A DNA stretch of 64,000 bases from Candidatus Neptunichlamydia sp. (GCA_965233865.1 OZ247587.1:1056001-1120000); one strand, 5' to 3'. Counted from the first letter of the stretch, positions 20,922 to 32,002 are shown. Numbers and translations: made by a program. Notes: a model not told the origin generated them from the sequence alone.

Positions 20922-21785
20922 ATGCATACTTCCTCATGGGTTGTTTTTAAGAATCTCTTAAAACGAAGAGGCTCTGGATTGCAGTCGTCGATTGGCCGCT
21001 ATCTTGGACGAAAAGAACTCGAAAAACTAGAGAGTGCGCGTCCTTCTAAGAGAGACCCCTTTTCCCACTCCACAACAATTGAAGCGCGTCTTAGCCGCAT
21101 TCATTATTCTTGGCTTATTACTTTTCTGGAACCTTTTGCAGAAAATGATAAAGCAAAGATCCTATCAGTGCTTGATAAACCCCAATCGACTAAGCTTCAA
21201 GACCACTTTAAATTGACCTATCCAACTAACTCTCTAAAAGAAATTGCAAAAAGCTATCTGGCCTCAGCAGTTTATGAATGGCTTGTCTCTGATCAAAAAG
21301 AGTTCCTTCCTTTTGAGTTTTTACCCGACCACCCTTTAAATGCTCTTTTAGATTTATCAAAAAGAGAGCTCCAAGTCCTTGTAGATTATCTCGGACTCCA
21401 TGATCTAGCGATGGAACTCAAGCATGTTATTAAATCAGATCAGATCAGAAAAATCCAAAGAGTTCTTTCCAAGAAAGAACGTGAATACTTGAAGTCTCTA
21501 CTAAAGACAAAAGAGCCTCTTTCTTTTGCAAGATTGAATTTGGATGGTTGGAATGGCGATGATAAAAAAATAAAAGTCATCTTGCATCATCGCGGGTTTA
21601 ATCGACTTGCAAAAGCCCTTTTTGGTTGCCACCCTTCTCTTCTATGGCATATTTGCCACCGATTAGATACTGGAAGAACAAAAATTCTTCGGAAGTTTTT
21701 TACAGATATCAATAATGATGAAGCCCATCAAACTCTTACGAAACAAATATTAGGACTAATTCCCAAGGTACATAAAGGATCATGA
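20922..21785 (+). CDS. T3SS-associated protein between sctJ and sctL (SctK-like)
   Basis: IHYSW motif and position in the chlamydial sctJ-x-sctL-sctRST operon. Confidence 0.75.
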   Translation: MHTSSWVVFKNLLKRRGSGLQSSIGRYLGRKELEKLESARPSKRDPFSHSTTIEARLSRIHYSWLITFLEPFAENDKAKILSVLDKPQSTKLQDHFKLTYPTNSLKEIAKSYLASAVYEWLVSDQKEFLPFEFLPDHPLNALLDLSKRELQVLVDYLGLHDLAMELKHVIKSDQIRKIQRVLSKKEREYLKSLLKTKEPLSFARLNLDGWNGDDKKIKVILHHRGFNRLAKALFGCHPSLLWHICHRLDTGRTKILRKFFTDINNDEAHQTLTKQILGLIPKVHKGS

Positions 21786-22411
21786 GTAAATATTTTTCAT
21801 TAATATATTCTGGTGAAATTACACAGGGATCGGATGATAAAGTGATCCCCTCGGATGTGTTTAGCGAATTGTTGAAAGCAACAGATGTCTTGAGCAAAGC
21901 AAAAGCAGATGTCAAAACCTACCTCAAAAACAATAAAGAAGCGTGTCAAAAGCTCCTTGACAAAGCTAAAGAAGCAGGTTTTAACAAAGGGCTTTCAGAA
22001 TTCAACAAACAAATTCTTCATTACCAAGAAAGGGCCAAACAACTGGAGCATGAACTTCAGAAAACGATCCTCCCTCTTGCGTTAAAAGCTGCAAAGAAAA
22101 TTGTGGGCCACGAACTAGAACTTAAGCCCGAAACGATCGTCGATATTGTTAGACAAACATTAAAACCTGTCACTCAAAACCATCACATTAAGATCTTTGT
22201 TGCAAAACAAGATAAGGAAGCACTGGAGAAAGAGAAGAAAGAGCTCCAAAACATTCTCGAGTATGCCCAAACATTTATCATAGAAGAAAGGGAAGATGTT
22301 ACTCCTGGGGGTTGTATTATTGAGACCGAAGCTGGTATCATCAATGCAAGTTTAGAAAATCAGTGGCGCGCTCTTGAATCTGCCTTCGAAGCGTTTATGA
22401 AACAGAAATGA
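21782..22411 (+). CDS. sctL: T3SS stator SctL/CdsL
   Basis: KYFSLI start, AKEAGFNKG, GGCIIETEAGIINASLENQ. Confidence 0.95.
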   Translation: MSKYFSLIYSGEITQGSDDKVIPSDVFSELLKATDVLSKAKADVKTYLKNNKEACQKLLDKAKEAGFNKGLSEFNKQILHYQERAKQLEHELQKTILPLALKAAKKIVGHELELKPETIVDIVRQTLKPVTQNHHIKIFVAKQDKEALEKEKKELQNILEYAQTFIIEEREDVTPGGCIIETEAGIINASLENQWRALESAFEAFMKQK

Positions 22412-23250
22412 TAATTAATAAAAAATTTCTTCTTTTGATCTTTTGCTTCCTATGCTTTGTTGCTCATTCAGCCTATGCTGAAGAGGAAGGTATTGCGGGA
22501 GCAATTGCAAAAATTACCGAACAAGCCCAGCAAGGCGAAGGCGATGCCGCTCAAGCATCGGGTGAAAAAGGAGGCGCCGGCGAGCCAAATGTCATCACAA
22601 TGATGGCTGTCCTTACCTTGGCTGCTCTTCTACCCTATGGTATTATCCTTTTAACCTCTTTCCTCAAGATCGTCATTGTTCTTTCTCTTCTTAGGAATGC
22701 CTTGGGCGTACAGCAATCACCCCCAAACCAGGCTTTGACAGGAATTGCCCTATTAATGAGTATTTATGTGATGTTTCCAACCTGTGTTGCAATGTATGAT
22801 GCCGGGAGGGAGTATATTAATAAAGACGCCCCAAAAGATCTTTTTTCCCAAAGCTCTGCAGTTTACATCTATAACATTGTCGATAAGACCAAAGAACCTC
22901 TCAAACAGTTTTTAGTGAGGAACATGACTGTTAGTCACCAACGAAACTTCTATCAACTTGCATACCAAAGCATGCCGCAAGACTTTAAGAAAGACTTAAA
23001 AATGGATGATTTCATTGTTCTAGCTCCCGCCTATATTACCTCTCAATTAAAAGGGGCATTTGAAATAGGTGTCCTGATTTACCTCCCCTTCTTTGTCATT
23101 GACCTTGTAACTTCAAACATTCTCCTTGCAATGGGAATGATGATGCTTTCTCCTTTGACGATAGCCCTCCCGTTAAAACTTCTCCTAATCGTAATGACGG
23201 ACGGGTGGGCAATGGTCATTCAAGGATTGGTACAAACATATAAACAGTAG
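22408..23250 (+). CDS. sctR: T3SS export apparatus SctR
   Basis: TSFLKIVIVLSLLRNALGVQQSPPNQ, YLPFFVIDL, MGMMMLSP. Confidence 0.97.
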   Translation: MIINKKFLLLIFCFLCFVAHSAYAEEEGIAGAIAKITEQAQQGEGDAAQASGEKGGAGEPNVITMMAVLTLAALLPYGIILLTSFLKIVIVLSLLRNALGVQQSPPNQALTGIALLMSIYVMFPTCVAMYDAGREYINKDAPKDLFSQSSAVYIYNIVDKTKEPLKQFLVRNMTVSHQRNFYQLAYQSMPQDFKKDLKMDDFIVLAPAYITSQLKGAFEIGVLIYLPFFVIDLVTSNILLAMGMMMLSPLTIALPLKLLLIVMTDGWAMVIQGLVQTYKQ

Positions 23251-23259
23251 GATCAATCC

Positions 23260-23529
23260 TTGTACGAATCGGAAATTTATCAACTCTCCTATCAAGCCCT
23301 TCTTCTGATACTAATCCTATCAGGGCCTCCGATCTTAATTAGCATGACTTTTGGGCTTTCTGTCGCAATATTCCAAGCTGCAACACAGATCCAAGAACAA
23401 ACCCTCTCCTTCACTGTAAAGCTTGTTGCAGTGATTATGACTCTCGTTTTTATGGGAGGATTTTTAAGTGCCCAAATTATGCAATTTGCCAATAACATCT
23501 TTCTAAATTTCCCTAAGTGGAACACATGA
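23260..23529 (+). CDS. sctS: T3SS export apparatus SctS
   Basis: FQAATQIQEQTLSFTVKL; TTG start. Confidence 0.96.
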   Translation: MYESEIYQLSYQALLLILILSGPPILISMTFGLSVAIFQAATQIQEQTLSFTVKLVAVIMTLVFMGGFLSAQIMQFANNIFLNFPKWNT

Positions 23530-23587
23530 AATCTCCCCTCCATCATCCCGACGAGCTATCTATTAACTCTATTATTAAGATAGCTTT

Positions 23588-24421
23588 ATGACCTATGTTG
23601 AGCTCTTTTCAAGACTTCCGAACATCAGCATTACGCAAGTCCTTTCTCTATTCTTTTTAATTATTATGCGGATGGCCCCTTCTTTAGTCCTCGCCCCTTT
23701 TTTTGGAGCAAAGCTTGCTCCAGGTATTGCCAGAATGGGTCTCGCCATCTGTGTTGCAACAATCTTTCTCCCCTTTATTGCCGTAAAAACAACCACGCCG
23801 GTTGAATTTAGCAACACCTATATCTTGTACTCTTTAAAAGAAATATTGATCGGTCTTGTCTTAGGGTTTTTTATTACAATCCCCTTTTACATGGTTCAAA
23901 CCGCTGGTACTATTATTGACTATTTAAGGGGCGCCTCAATCATGCAAGCGCAAGACCCTTCAATGCAAACCCAAACATCTCCAATTGGAATCCTTTTCAA
24001 CTATATTATGATCGTCATTTTTTTTCAGATTGATGGGCCCTTCCTTTTTTTTGACGCATTAATGAAGTCATACGAGCTTATTCCTCCTGACAAACTGATC
24101 AACCCCGATTTTTTTTCCGTGAAGAGTAATTTTTGGAAGCTAACTTTTGACATTGTGAATCAAATTATTACGATAGCAATTCAATTGGCAGCGCCTGCAC
24201 TTGTTGCAATCCTAATGGCCGAAATGTTCTTAGGCATAGCCAACCGACTAGCTCCTCAAGTCCAGATTGCCTTCCTCGGAATGTCGATTAAATCATTGCT
24301 TGGGCTTGGACTCCTCTTTGCCGCATGGTACTTCATCTTAAAACAATTCACAAAGCAAGGCTACAGTTGGCTAGAACTTCTGAATAAGCTCATCTATTCA
24401 ATGCAGGCGCTGAATTCCTAA
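23588..24421 (+). CDS. sctT: T3SS export apparatus SctT
   Basis: APFFG, KEILIG, AGTIIDYLRG, NRLAPQVQI. Confidence 0.96.
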   Translation: MTYVELFSRLPNISITQVLSLFFLIIMRMAPSLVLAPFFGAKLAPGIARMGLAICVATIFLPFIAVKTTTPVEFSNTYILYSLKEILIGLVLGFFITIPFYMVQTAGTIIDYLRGASIMQAQDPSMQTQTSPIGILFNYIMIVIFFQIDGPFLFFDALMKSYELIPPDKLINPDFFSVKSNFWKLTFDIVNQIITIAIQLAAPALVAILMAEMFLGIANRLAPQVQIAFLGMSIKSLLGLGLLFAAWYFILKQFTKQGYSWLELLNKLIYSMQALNS

Positions 24422-24522
24422 AGAATTCTCCCAACTTGATTTTTTTCTTGTAGCCGCATAACCTTGTGAAAACTAATTTTTATAGTGCTTTAACTTTAAA
24501 TTGATAGAGACAAGGAATCATC

Positions 24523-25596
24523 ATGAAATATCTCGCATTTTTTCTTACACTTTGTGCAACTACCTTTTACGCCACACAATATGCAGCTCCTCCGGTAGCC
24601 CCGGGAAGCGTTACCCCTCCAAATCATATTACACCAGAAGCAGGCCCGCGGGTTGATCACGGAATTGATGCCTTTATTACTGGAGACTTTATCTATTGGA
24701 CTGCGCGAATAGACAATCTTTCCTATGTCATGACAGGTGTTGGAAACAACATCACAAGCGTTGGTAAAGGCAGTACAAAGTATCCTGACTGGAGCTGGAA
24801 CCCGGGATTCAAGGCAGGGATTGGACTTAACCTTCCTCATGACAGTTGGGATGTCTGTGCTGAATACACGTGGTACTATTCAAGCGCTTCCAATGCGTCG
24901 AATGCAGGCGGAAATGGAATGCTTCCAGCATGGAATATTGCTAACAGCAACACCTTAATTCAAAATAATGACTCGATTGTTCAAGCACGCGGAGAATGGG
25001 GTATTCACTTCTACGCTATTGATGTCAGTTTAGGGCGGAACTATTTTATTAGCCGCTTTCTAACGCTCCGCCCATTTGTAGGATTCAAAGGAAGCTGGAT
25101 CGATCAAAACTACAGCGTTCTATACAACATTGAAACAACAGCCATTGATACTTCATTAAAGATGGAAAACAATCAAGACTATTGGGGAGTTGGGCTTCGC
25201 TCTGGTTTAAAAACCGCGTGGCACATCGATCCTTCATGGAGTCTATATGGAGATTTTGCTCTAGCAACCCTTTGGAGCCAGTTCGAGATCACTCGAAAAG
25301 ACATACGAACTGATGGTCGAAACCCAGGAGTTGGAAGTCCCCCACTTGATACACCTATTACATCCATTCATGTGGAAGATAACTTTCATACCATCAAAAG
25401 TGTGCTAGAGTGCGGGGTGGGTCTTAGAGGCGAGTGGTGGTTTTTTGAAAGCCGTTACCACTTTATGGTACAAGCAGGATGGGAAGAGCAACTTTGGATC
25501 AATCACAACAACTTTGAAAAAGTGCATGTTGTGCAAGCAGATCATGGGGACTTAATCTTGCAAGGATTCACAATAAAACTACGCTTCGATTTTTAA
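24523..25596 (+). CDS. MOMP-like beta-barrel outer-membrane protein
   Basis: Signal peptide; GDFIYW, PGFKAGIG, LRPFVG, AGWEEQLW; C-terminal LRFDF. Confidence 0.88.
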   Translation: MKYLAFFLTLCATTFYATQYAAPPVAPGSVTPPNHITPEAGPRVDHGIDAFITGDFIYWTARIDNLSYVMTGVGNNITSVGKGSTKYPDWSWNPGFKAGIGLNLPHDSWDVCAEYTWYYSSASNASNAGGNGMLPAWNIANSNTLIQNNDSIVQARGEWGIHFYAIDVSLGRNYFISRFLTLRPFVGFKGSWIDQNYSVLYNIETTAIDTSLKMENNQDYWGVGLRSGLKTAWHIDPSWSLYGDFALATLWSQFEITRKDIRTDGRNPGVGSPPLDTPITSIHVEDNFHTIKSVLECGVGLRGEWWFFESRYHFMVQAGWEEQLWINHNNFEKVHVVQADHGDLILQGFTIKLRFDF

Positions 25597-25847
25597 AGAA
25601 CTCTCAATAGAAATGCCGATGAAAACTGAGCATTTTTTTTTGCTCAGTTTTTTTTTCTTGCAAAAGAAATCCCATGTAGCGTTTGATAGTACTTCGAAAG
25701 AGATAAAACCCCTTTCTGAGATACGTGAGAACAACAAAAAAGGGTGCAAGAGAAAAAATACTTGCACAATTGTTCTTAAGTTGATTACAAAGGGAAAAAC
25801 ATTAAAGAATAATATTTTAGCATTTCTGTAACAGGGAGAAACTCAGA

Positions 25848-27032
25848 ATGGAAGTGAAACTCAGGAAAATCTGGCCTCTAGTAGGGGCACTTTGTGCAAC
25901 TGTGTTTAGTTCTGCTTACGCCCATAGCAACTACTCTAGTGGTAGCAATGGCAGCAGTGGCAGTAACTATGAATCCGGTATGGATTCAAGCACGAGCAAT
26001 GGTAGCACGCAATCAGGACAAGGATCCTATCAGCGTGGAACTTTTAGAGAAATTACACCAAATGCAGGCCCTCGTGTCGCTCACGGAGCTGATGTCTTCA
26101 TCACCGCTGACTTTATCTGGTGGAAAGCTTCGCAAGAAGGTATTAACTACGCAATAACAGGATTTGTTACTAACGGTGGTGGTACTGATCCATTTGTAAG
26201 CGCTTCAAAAGGAAAATATGGCTACGTCGGTGCAGATTGGGCTCCAGGCTTTAAAGTGGGACTAGGTTTAAACCTATGCCACGACGGCTGGGACCTTTAT
26301 TCTCAGTACACTTGGCTTCGCGCAAGTGACAATAGCTCACTAAGTAGAACAGACGGTGTTTCTTATGCATCAATCCTTCCATTTGATGATGGACTAACGA
26401 TTGGTGGAAATGAAGTCAAAGCAAATTGGGATCTTCATTTCAATGTGATTGACCTTGAGCTAGGAAGAAACTTCTACCTTAGTCAATTTCTTACCATGAG
26501 ACCTTTTATTGGTCTTAAGGGTACATGGCAAGATCAAGACCTAAAAGTCACTACTAAATCTAAAGATTTTGAAATTAGTGGTGGTCAACACTCTGACACT
26601 CCAGTAACTGGGCCTTTCGTTCACAAAAACGCAACTGATGCCTGGGGTATCGGTGTTCGTGGTGGACTAAATGTTTCTTGGTACATAGCTAAGAGCTGGA
26701 GTATTTATGGTGACTTTGCTTGGACTACTATGTGGACTGGCTACGATAAGTTAACCAGAACTGACACTCTATATGACTCTACAACAGAGAACTCTAAAAC
26801 CTACCTTAACGTAAGCAATGATGATATCTATGCTGTAAAATACGTTGGAGAGATGGGATTAGGGCTTCGTTGGGAAATGTGGTTCTATGATGATAACTAC
26901 CATTTTGCGATTCAAGCAGGATGGGAGCAACAAGTTTGGGTCAACTGGGGACATTTTGTTGAGCTACTAGACCATGTAAACCATGATCTATCGCTTCATG
27001 GTCTCAACTTGAAATTCCGCTTCGATTTCTAA
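25848..27032 (+). CDS. MOMP-like beta-barrel outer-membrane protein, paralog
   Basis: Same motifs (ADFIWW, PGFKVGLG, MRPFIG, AGWEQQVW, FRFDF); Ser/Gly-rich N-terminal linker. Confidence 0.9.
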   Translation: MEVKLRKIWPLVGALCATVFSSAYAHSNYSSGSNGSSGSNYESGMDSSTSNGSTQSGQGSYQRGTFREITPNAGPRVAHGADVFITADFIWWKASQEGINYAITGFVTNGGGTDPFVSASKGKYGYVGADWAPGFKVGLGLNLCHDGWDLYSQYTWLRASDNSSLSRTDGVSYASILPFDDGLTIGGNEVKANWDLHFNVIDLELGRNFYLSQFLTMRPFIGLKGTWQDQDLKVTTKSKDFEISGGQHSDTPVTGPFVHKNATDAWGIGVRGGLNVSWYIAKSWSIYGDFAWTTMWTGYDKLTRTDTLYDSTTENSKTYLNVSNDDIYAVKYVGEMGLGLRWEMWFYDDNYHFAIQAGWEQQVWVNWGHFVELLDHVNHDLSLHGLNLKFRFDF

Positions 27033-27053
27033 CAACTGTTAGAAATTCAATGG

Positions 27054-27086
27054 AAAAAGGCACCAAAATTTGGTGCCTTTTTTTTT
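27054..27086 (+). terminator. Strong intrinsic terminator after the second porin
   Basis: AAAAAGGCACCAAA-a-TTTGGTGCCTTTTTTTTT. Confidence 0.92.
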
Positions 27087-27125
27087 GCCTTGCCTCTCCT
27101 GAGAATATCTGTTAGATAGAAAAAA

Positions 27126-27250
27126 GATTCTAGTGCAAAGTTAGTATACATCGAGCAAATCTACTAAAAAACCCTTCTTTTTTTATGAAGGTTTAGGCAG
27201 CTAACCCGAAGACTTTATCGATATTTTTTTTGAGCGACGACGCCTTCTAT
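27126..27250 (-). mobile_element. IS6-family right-end remnant
   Basis: TIR-like GATTCTAGTGCAAAGTT (compare IS257 GGTTCTGTTGCAAAGTT); minus strand GVVAQKK/IDKVFGLAA* resembles the IS6 transposase C-terminus. Confidence 0.7.
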
Positions 27251-27391
27251 CAAGGCTTCTCTACCAATTTTTATTGCCGGTCCTGAATGAATAATGAATG
27301 GCGATTTGAATATTTTTGGAATATGAAGAAAGAAAAACATGAGAATAGTCTATGTTAAGAGTGTCTACAAAAATGGGGAAAGATCAAGGAT

Positions 27392-28633
27392 CTAGTAGGA
27401 TACTTCTGGCTTGAGAAGAATCACATCTTCTTGGATTGCTTCCACTGCATGATCGATATCACTGAGGGTATTATAAATCCCCAATGAAATGCGAGCAATC
27501 GATTTGAGTCCAAAACGAGAAAGTGTAGGCTGAGCACAAAGGTGTCCTGTCCGAATGGCAATTCCTTTGAGACCAAGCAACGTTCCTAAATCAAGGGGAT
27601 GCAGATCATCAAGAATAAAGCTGATAATTGGCCCTTTCTTTTTTGCAGTGCCAATGATTTTGAGCCCTGAGATTTTAAGAAGTTTTTCAGTAGCATGGGA
27701 GAGGAGGAAGCCAAGCCATTCTTCAATATTTTCACGACCAAGAGACTCTATATAATCAATAGCAGCTCCTAGGCCAATCACTTCTGCGATTGAGGGCGTT
27801 CCTGCTTCAAAGCGCAGCGGAGGATCTTGAAAGGTTGATTTTTCCATTGCCACAGCTTCAATCATATCTCCTCCCCCAATAAAAGGAGGCATGTCTTTCA
27901 GGAGTTCTCGCTTACCATAGAGAACACCGATTCCTGTGGGTCCATAAATCTTATGACCTGAAAAAGCGTAGAAGTCAACATCAAGGTCTTCAACATTGAG
28001 AGAAATGTGGGAGGCTGCCTGCGCACCATCAATCAACACTTTTGCTCCCACTCTATGCGCAAGGGAAATGATCTCTTCTATAGGGTTGATGGTTCCTGTT
28101 GCATTTGCAATATGCGCCACAGATACAAGTTTTGTTCTTTCACTGAGAAGCTCTTTAAAAACATCAAGGCGAAGTTCTCCTTCTAAACTCATCGGAATAA
28201 ACTTAAGGTTGAGTTCCTTTTCCTTTGCTAGGAGTTGCCAGGGAACAATGTTAGAATGATGTTCCATTTCAGAGATGATAACCTCATCCCCTTTCTTTAG
28301 GAAAGCCCTTCCATAAGAATGAGCCACTAAGTTAATCGACTCGGTAGTACCTCTTGTAAAGATAATTTCTTCTTCTTCGCGTGCTCCAATAAATTGCTGT
28401 ACTTTCGTTCGGACAGTGCTATACATTTCAGTCGAATGGGCAGCAAGCTCATAGACCGCTCGATGAACGGTGCCATACTCTAAAGAATAAAATCTGTGGA
28501 TTGCGTCAATCACACTTTGAGGCTTTTGAGACGTCGCAGCAGTATCAAGATAGATAAGATGTCTTCCATTCATCATTTTTTTTAGCATGGGAAAGTCTTC
28601 TCGCACGCGTCTCACGTCGAAATAATTAACCAT
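27392..28633 (-). CDS. sufS: Cysteine desulfurase
   Basis: YLDTAATSQKP, EHHSNIVPWQ, SGHKIYGP, RTGHLCAQP. Confidence 0.97.
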   Translation of the reverse strand: MVNYFDVRRVREDFPMLKKMMNGRHLIYLDTAATSQKPQSVIDAIHRFYSLEYGTVHRAVYELAAHSTEMYSTVRTKVQQFIGAREEEEIIFTRGTTESINLVAHSYGRAFLKKGDEVIISEMEHHSNIVPWQLLAKEKELNLKFIPMSLEGELRLDVFKELLSERTKLVSVAHIANATGTINPIEEIISLAHRVGAKVLIDGAQAASHISLNVEDLDVDFYAFSGHKIYGPTGIGVLYGKRELLKDMPPFIGGGDMIEAVAMEKSTFQDPPLRFEAGTPSIAEVIGLGAAIDYIESLGRENIEEWLGFLLSHATEKLLKISGLKIIGTAKKKGPIISFILDDLHPLDLGTLLGLKGIAIRTGHLCAQPTLSRFGLKSIARISLGIYNTLSDIDHAVEAIQEDVILLKPEVSY

Positions 28634-29762
28634 CTTCTTGTCCTTGGTGTAAAAATCTGTCTATTACACTTTCGCACCCAAGTTCCATGCAGAAGCCTCG
28701 CGCTAAATGCCACTCTGCTTCTTTTTTGTTAAGCCCCCGCGACTGCAGATAAAAAAGTTCATCTTCCTTGGGGCGAGCAACTGTCGCGCCGTGAGATGCT
28801 TTTACATCGTCTGCAAGAATCTCAAGGTTTGGCTTGCTCATTGCTTGAGCTTTGGGACTGAGAAGGAGATTATTATTGAGTTGATATGCCTCAGTTTGCT
28901 GCGCCTCTTTTTCAACAAAAATCTTTCCTTCAAAACTTGAACGCGCGCGTCCCATAAGCGCCGTTTTGTAGTGCTGATTCGATCGACAATTAGGGGACAC
29001 ATGCCTAACGTCAATGTAATGATGTATCTCATCCTTAAAAGCAGGTAAAGAGAGCCCTTTAAGATCCACCTCGCTTCGCTCTCCTTCAAGAGAGATTTGA
29101 ATATCATGTCTTTCAGAACATGCACCCTTTGAGAAAGTAAACATTTTAAAGAAGGCCTCTTTTTTGAGCCGTGCTCGAATCGTATGCATGGCAAAGGCAT
29201 CTGAGCCATGTTCAAGATGCTCATTAATTGAAGCAGTTGCTCCTTCTTCAAGAGAGAATTGCAGATATTGATTGTAAAAGTAGTGTCCTCCCCCTTTCTG
29301 AGTATAATGGATTGATAAGTGCGCCCCTTTTCCTAAAAATATTTCCATTTTTGGTGTGTGCAGAGCACCTTCCTCAAGAGAAGGAAGTGACCATTCCATT
29401 TCGATGGTCTTTCCAGGGGGGATATAGAGAAAAAGTCCTGAGTCAGCAAAGGCTGTATTAAGGAGAGCATAAGGGTTTTTTTCTTCCTTAAGCGCTTTTT
29501 GAAAGCCTTTTAATAGAAGAGCGCCGTGAGATCGCATCGCAGAATTTAGGGGGAGGGCAATGATCCCAGCGGCGCCCGAAATTTTAATGTCGCTAGCCTG
29601 AGCTAATTTAAAAGATCCCCGATTTAATTGCATCAAAGAATTATAGCGAAAAGCATCCCACTTCTTCGTCGGAAGGCCCAGTTGCTCGATAGCAGACCAT
29701 ACCCCCTTTTTCCAGGGAGCATTCTCTTGAAACAAGGGTTTTAACGTCTCTAGTAAACTCAT
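28626..29762 (-). CDS. sufD: Fe-S cluster assembly protein SufD
   Basis: KPNLEILADDVKASHGATV, LFYLQSRGL. Confidence 0.93.
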   Translation of the reverse strand: MSLLETLKPLFQENAPWKKGVWSAIEQLGLPTKKWDAFRYNSLMQLNRGSFKLAQASDIKISGAAGIIALPLNSAMRSHGALLLKGFQKALKEEKNPYALLNTAFADSGLFLYIPPGKTIEMEWSLPSLEEGALHTPKMEIFLGKGAHLSIHYTQKGGGHYFYNQYLQFSLEEGATASINEHLEHGSDAFAMHTIRARLKKEAFFKMFTFSKGACSERHDIQISLEGERSEVDLKGLSLPAFKDEIHHYIDVRHVSPNCRSNQHYKTALMGRARSSFEGKIFVEKEAQQTEAYQLNNNLLLSPKAQAMSKPNLEILADDVKASHGATVARPKEDELFYLQSRGLNKKEAEWHLARGFCMELGCESVIDRFLHQGQEDG

Positions 29763-30496
29763 TGGTGGATTACATACCCTTTTTCTTCAAGTTTAAGGGC
29801 AAGCTCAGCACCTCCTGTCTTAGCAATTTTCCCACCTACGACCACATGAACAAATTGGGGTTTGATATAATCAAGAAGGCGTTGGTAATGGGTAATCAAT
29901 ATAAGGGCGTTCTCATCATGTAATTGCGACTTAACACCCGCTGCAACAACTTTCATTGCATCAATATCGAGTCCAGAGTCGGTTTCATCTAAAACAGCAA
30001 GCTTTGGCTGCAAAATTGCCATCTGCAAAATCTCATTACGTTTCTTTTCTCCCCCTGAAAAGCCGCCATTAACGTCTCTTTCAGCAAATGTAGGGCTAAT
30101 TTCTATCTCTTGCATCTTATTAATCAAGAGCTCTCGAAAAACTTCTTCTGACAAGGGTGCCTCCCTTTGACTCTTCCGTTTGCTATTCAAAGCACTATGC
30201 AAAAATTGAAAGTTTGTCACTCCAGGAATTTCAATGGGGTATTGAAAACCCATAAAGAGTCCAAGATGAGCCCTTTCGTCAATTTCAAGTTCCAAAAGAT
30301 TCTTCCCTAAAAAGGAGATAGAACCGTCGGTGATTTCATAGTCTGGATGTCCCACTAAAACTTTTGCAAGAGTGGATTTTCCCGCACCATTCGGCCCCAT
30401 GATCGCGTGAATTTCCCCCACATTTACTGTCAGAGAAAACCCTTTCAAGATTTTTTCTCCCTCCACCGACACATGAAGATTTTTGATCTCTAACAT
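29759..30496 (-). CDS. sufC: Fe-S cluster assembly ATPase SufC
   Basis: GPNGAGKST, FQYPIEIPG, FSGGEKKRNE, LDETDSGLD. Confidence 0.98.
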   Translation of the reverse strand: MLEIKNLHVSVEGEKILKGFSLTVNVGEIHAIMGPNGAGKSTLAKVLVGHPDYEITDGSISFLGKNLLELEIDERAHLGLFMGFQYPIEIPGVTNFQFLHSALNSKRKSQREAPLSEEVFRELLINKMQEIEISPTFAERDVNGGFSGGEKKRNEILQMAILQPKLAVLDETDSGLDIDAMKVVAAGVKSQLHDENALILITHYQRLLDYIKPQFVHVVVGGKIAKTGGAELALKLEEKGYVIHQ

Positions 30497-31960
30497 TTAC
30501 CCCACCGACCCTTCTAATTTTAAGGTTAATAATTTTTGCGCTTCCGCTGCAAACTCAAGAGGAAGCTCTTTAGTCACGGCTTCGCAAAAGCCATTGACAA
30601 TCATTTGTATGGCATTTTCCTGAGAAATACCTCGCGTTTGCAGGTAAAAAAGCTGCTCTTCATTCATTTTAGAAGTGGATGCTTCGTGTTCAAGTTCTGC
30701 AGTATCATTATGCACTTCAATATAGGGAAAAGTGTTTGCACTACAATTATTTTTTACAAGCATAGAGTCGCACTGCGTAAAGTTGCGTGCTCCCTCAGCC
30801 CTTGATGAAATATGGACAAGACCTCGATAGGTATTCGAAGACTCATCTGCTGAAATCCCTTTGGAGATAATTGTAGACTTTGTCCGCTTTCCTAAATGAA
30901 TCATCTTCGTCCCAGTATCTGCTTGCATCTTTCCATTGGTCAAAGCAACAGAGTAAAATTCTCCAACTGAATCATCGCCTTGCAAAATGCAGGAAGGGTA
31001 TTTCCATGTGATCGCTGCGCCGGCTTCTACCTGGGTCCACGAGATCTTCGAACGTTTTCCAGCACACCGCCCCCGTTTTGTGACAAAGTTGTAAATGCCC
31101 CCTTTCCCTGTCTTTCGGTCACCTGCATACCAGTTTTGTACCGTTGAGTATTTGATTTCAGCATCGTCATGAGCAATAAGCTCAACAACTGCCGCATGCA
31201 ATTGATTTTCATCATATGCAGGGGCCGTGCACCCTTCTAAATAACTCACATACGACCCGGGTTCTGCAATAATGAGGGTTCTCTCAAACTGCCCTGTTTC
31301 CCGTTCGTTGATCCTAAAATAAGTAGAGAGCTCCATTGGACTACATACTCCCTTAGGGATATACACAAAGGACCCATCGGAAAAGACAGCAGAGTTTAAT
31401 GCCGTATAAAAATTGTCTCCAATGGGGACCACTGTGCCCAAATATTTTTTTAGAAGTTCGGGATATTTCTTAACAGCTTCACCCATTGAGCAGAGAACAA
31501 CTCCCGCCTTTTCAAGGGTTTCATGAAAAGTTGTTCCAAGCGACACCGAATCAAAAATAACATCGACCGCAACATTGCTGAGTCGCTTTTGCTCATCTAG
31601 AGGAATACCTAACTTATCAAAGGTGCGGAGAATTTCGGGATCAACTTCATCCAGACTATTTAGTTCTTGCTTCTTCTTTGGGGCGGCGTAATATCTAATA
31701 TTCTGAAAGTCAATGGGATCTATGTTTAAGTGGCCCCAATTGGGCTCAGTCATCTTCTTCCACTTCCGAAAAGCTTTCAGCCGGAACTCAAGCATAAAGC
31801 TCGGTTCCTCTTTCTTTTCAGAAAGAGTTCTAACCATTCTTTCGTCTAAACCCTTTGGGAAAAGGTCCGATTCAATCTTGGTTCTAAAGCCATATTTATA
31901 TTCTTCTCGCTCAGCAAGAAGCTCTTCAGTTGACATGCATTCTCCATCCTTCTTACCCAA
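30497..31960 (-). CDS. sufB: Fe-S cluster assembly protein SufB
   Basis: [32 protein letters not shown]; start may be ATG 31936. Confidence 0.98.
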   Translation of the reverse strand: MGKKDGECMSTEELLAEREEYKYGFRTKIESDLFPKGLDERMVRTLSEKKEEPSFMLEFRLKAFRKWKKMTEPNWGHLNIDPIDFQNIRYYAAPKKKQELNSLDEVDPEILRTFDKLGIPLDEQKRLSNVAVDVIFDSVSLGTTFHETLEKAGVVLCSMGEAVKKYPELLKKYLGTVVPIGDNFYTALNSAVFSDGSFVYIPKGVCSPMELSTYFRINERETGQFERTLIIAEPGSYVSYLEGCTAPAYDENQLHAAVVELIAHDDAEIKYSTVQNWYAGDRKTGKGGIYNFVTKRGRCAGKRSKISWTQVEAGAAITWKYPSCILQGDDSVGEFYSVALTNGKMQADTGTKMIHLGKRTKSTIISKGISADESSNTYRGLVHISSRAEGARNFTQCDSMLVKNNCSANTFPYIEVHNDTAELEHEASTSKMNEEQLFYLQTRGISQENAIQMIVNGFCEAVTKELPLEFAAEAQKLLTLKLEGSVG

Positions 31961-32002
31961 TAAAATACCCTGTCCCCCCCCCTAATGTCAACCGCTCAAT
32001 AG

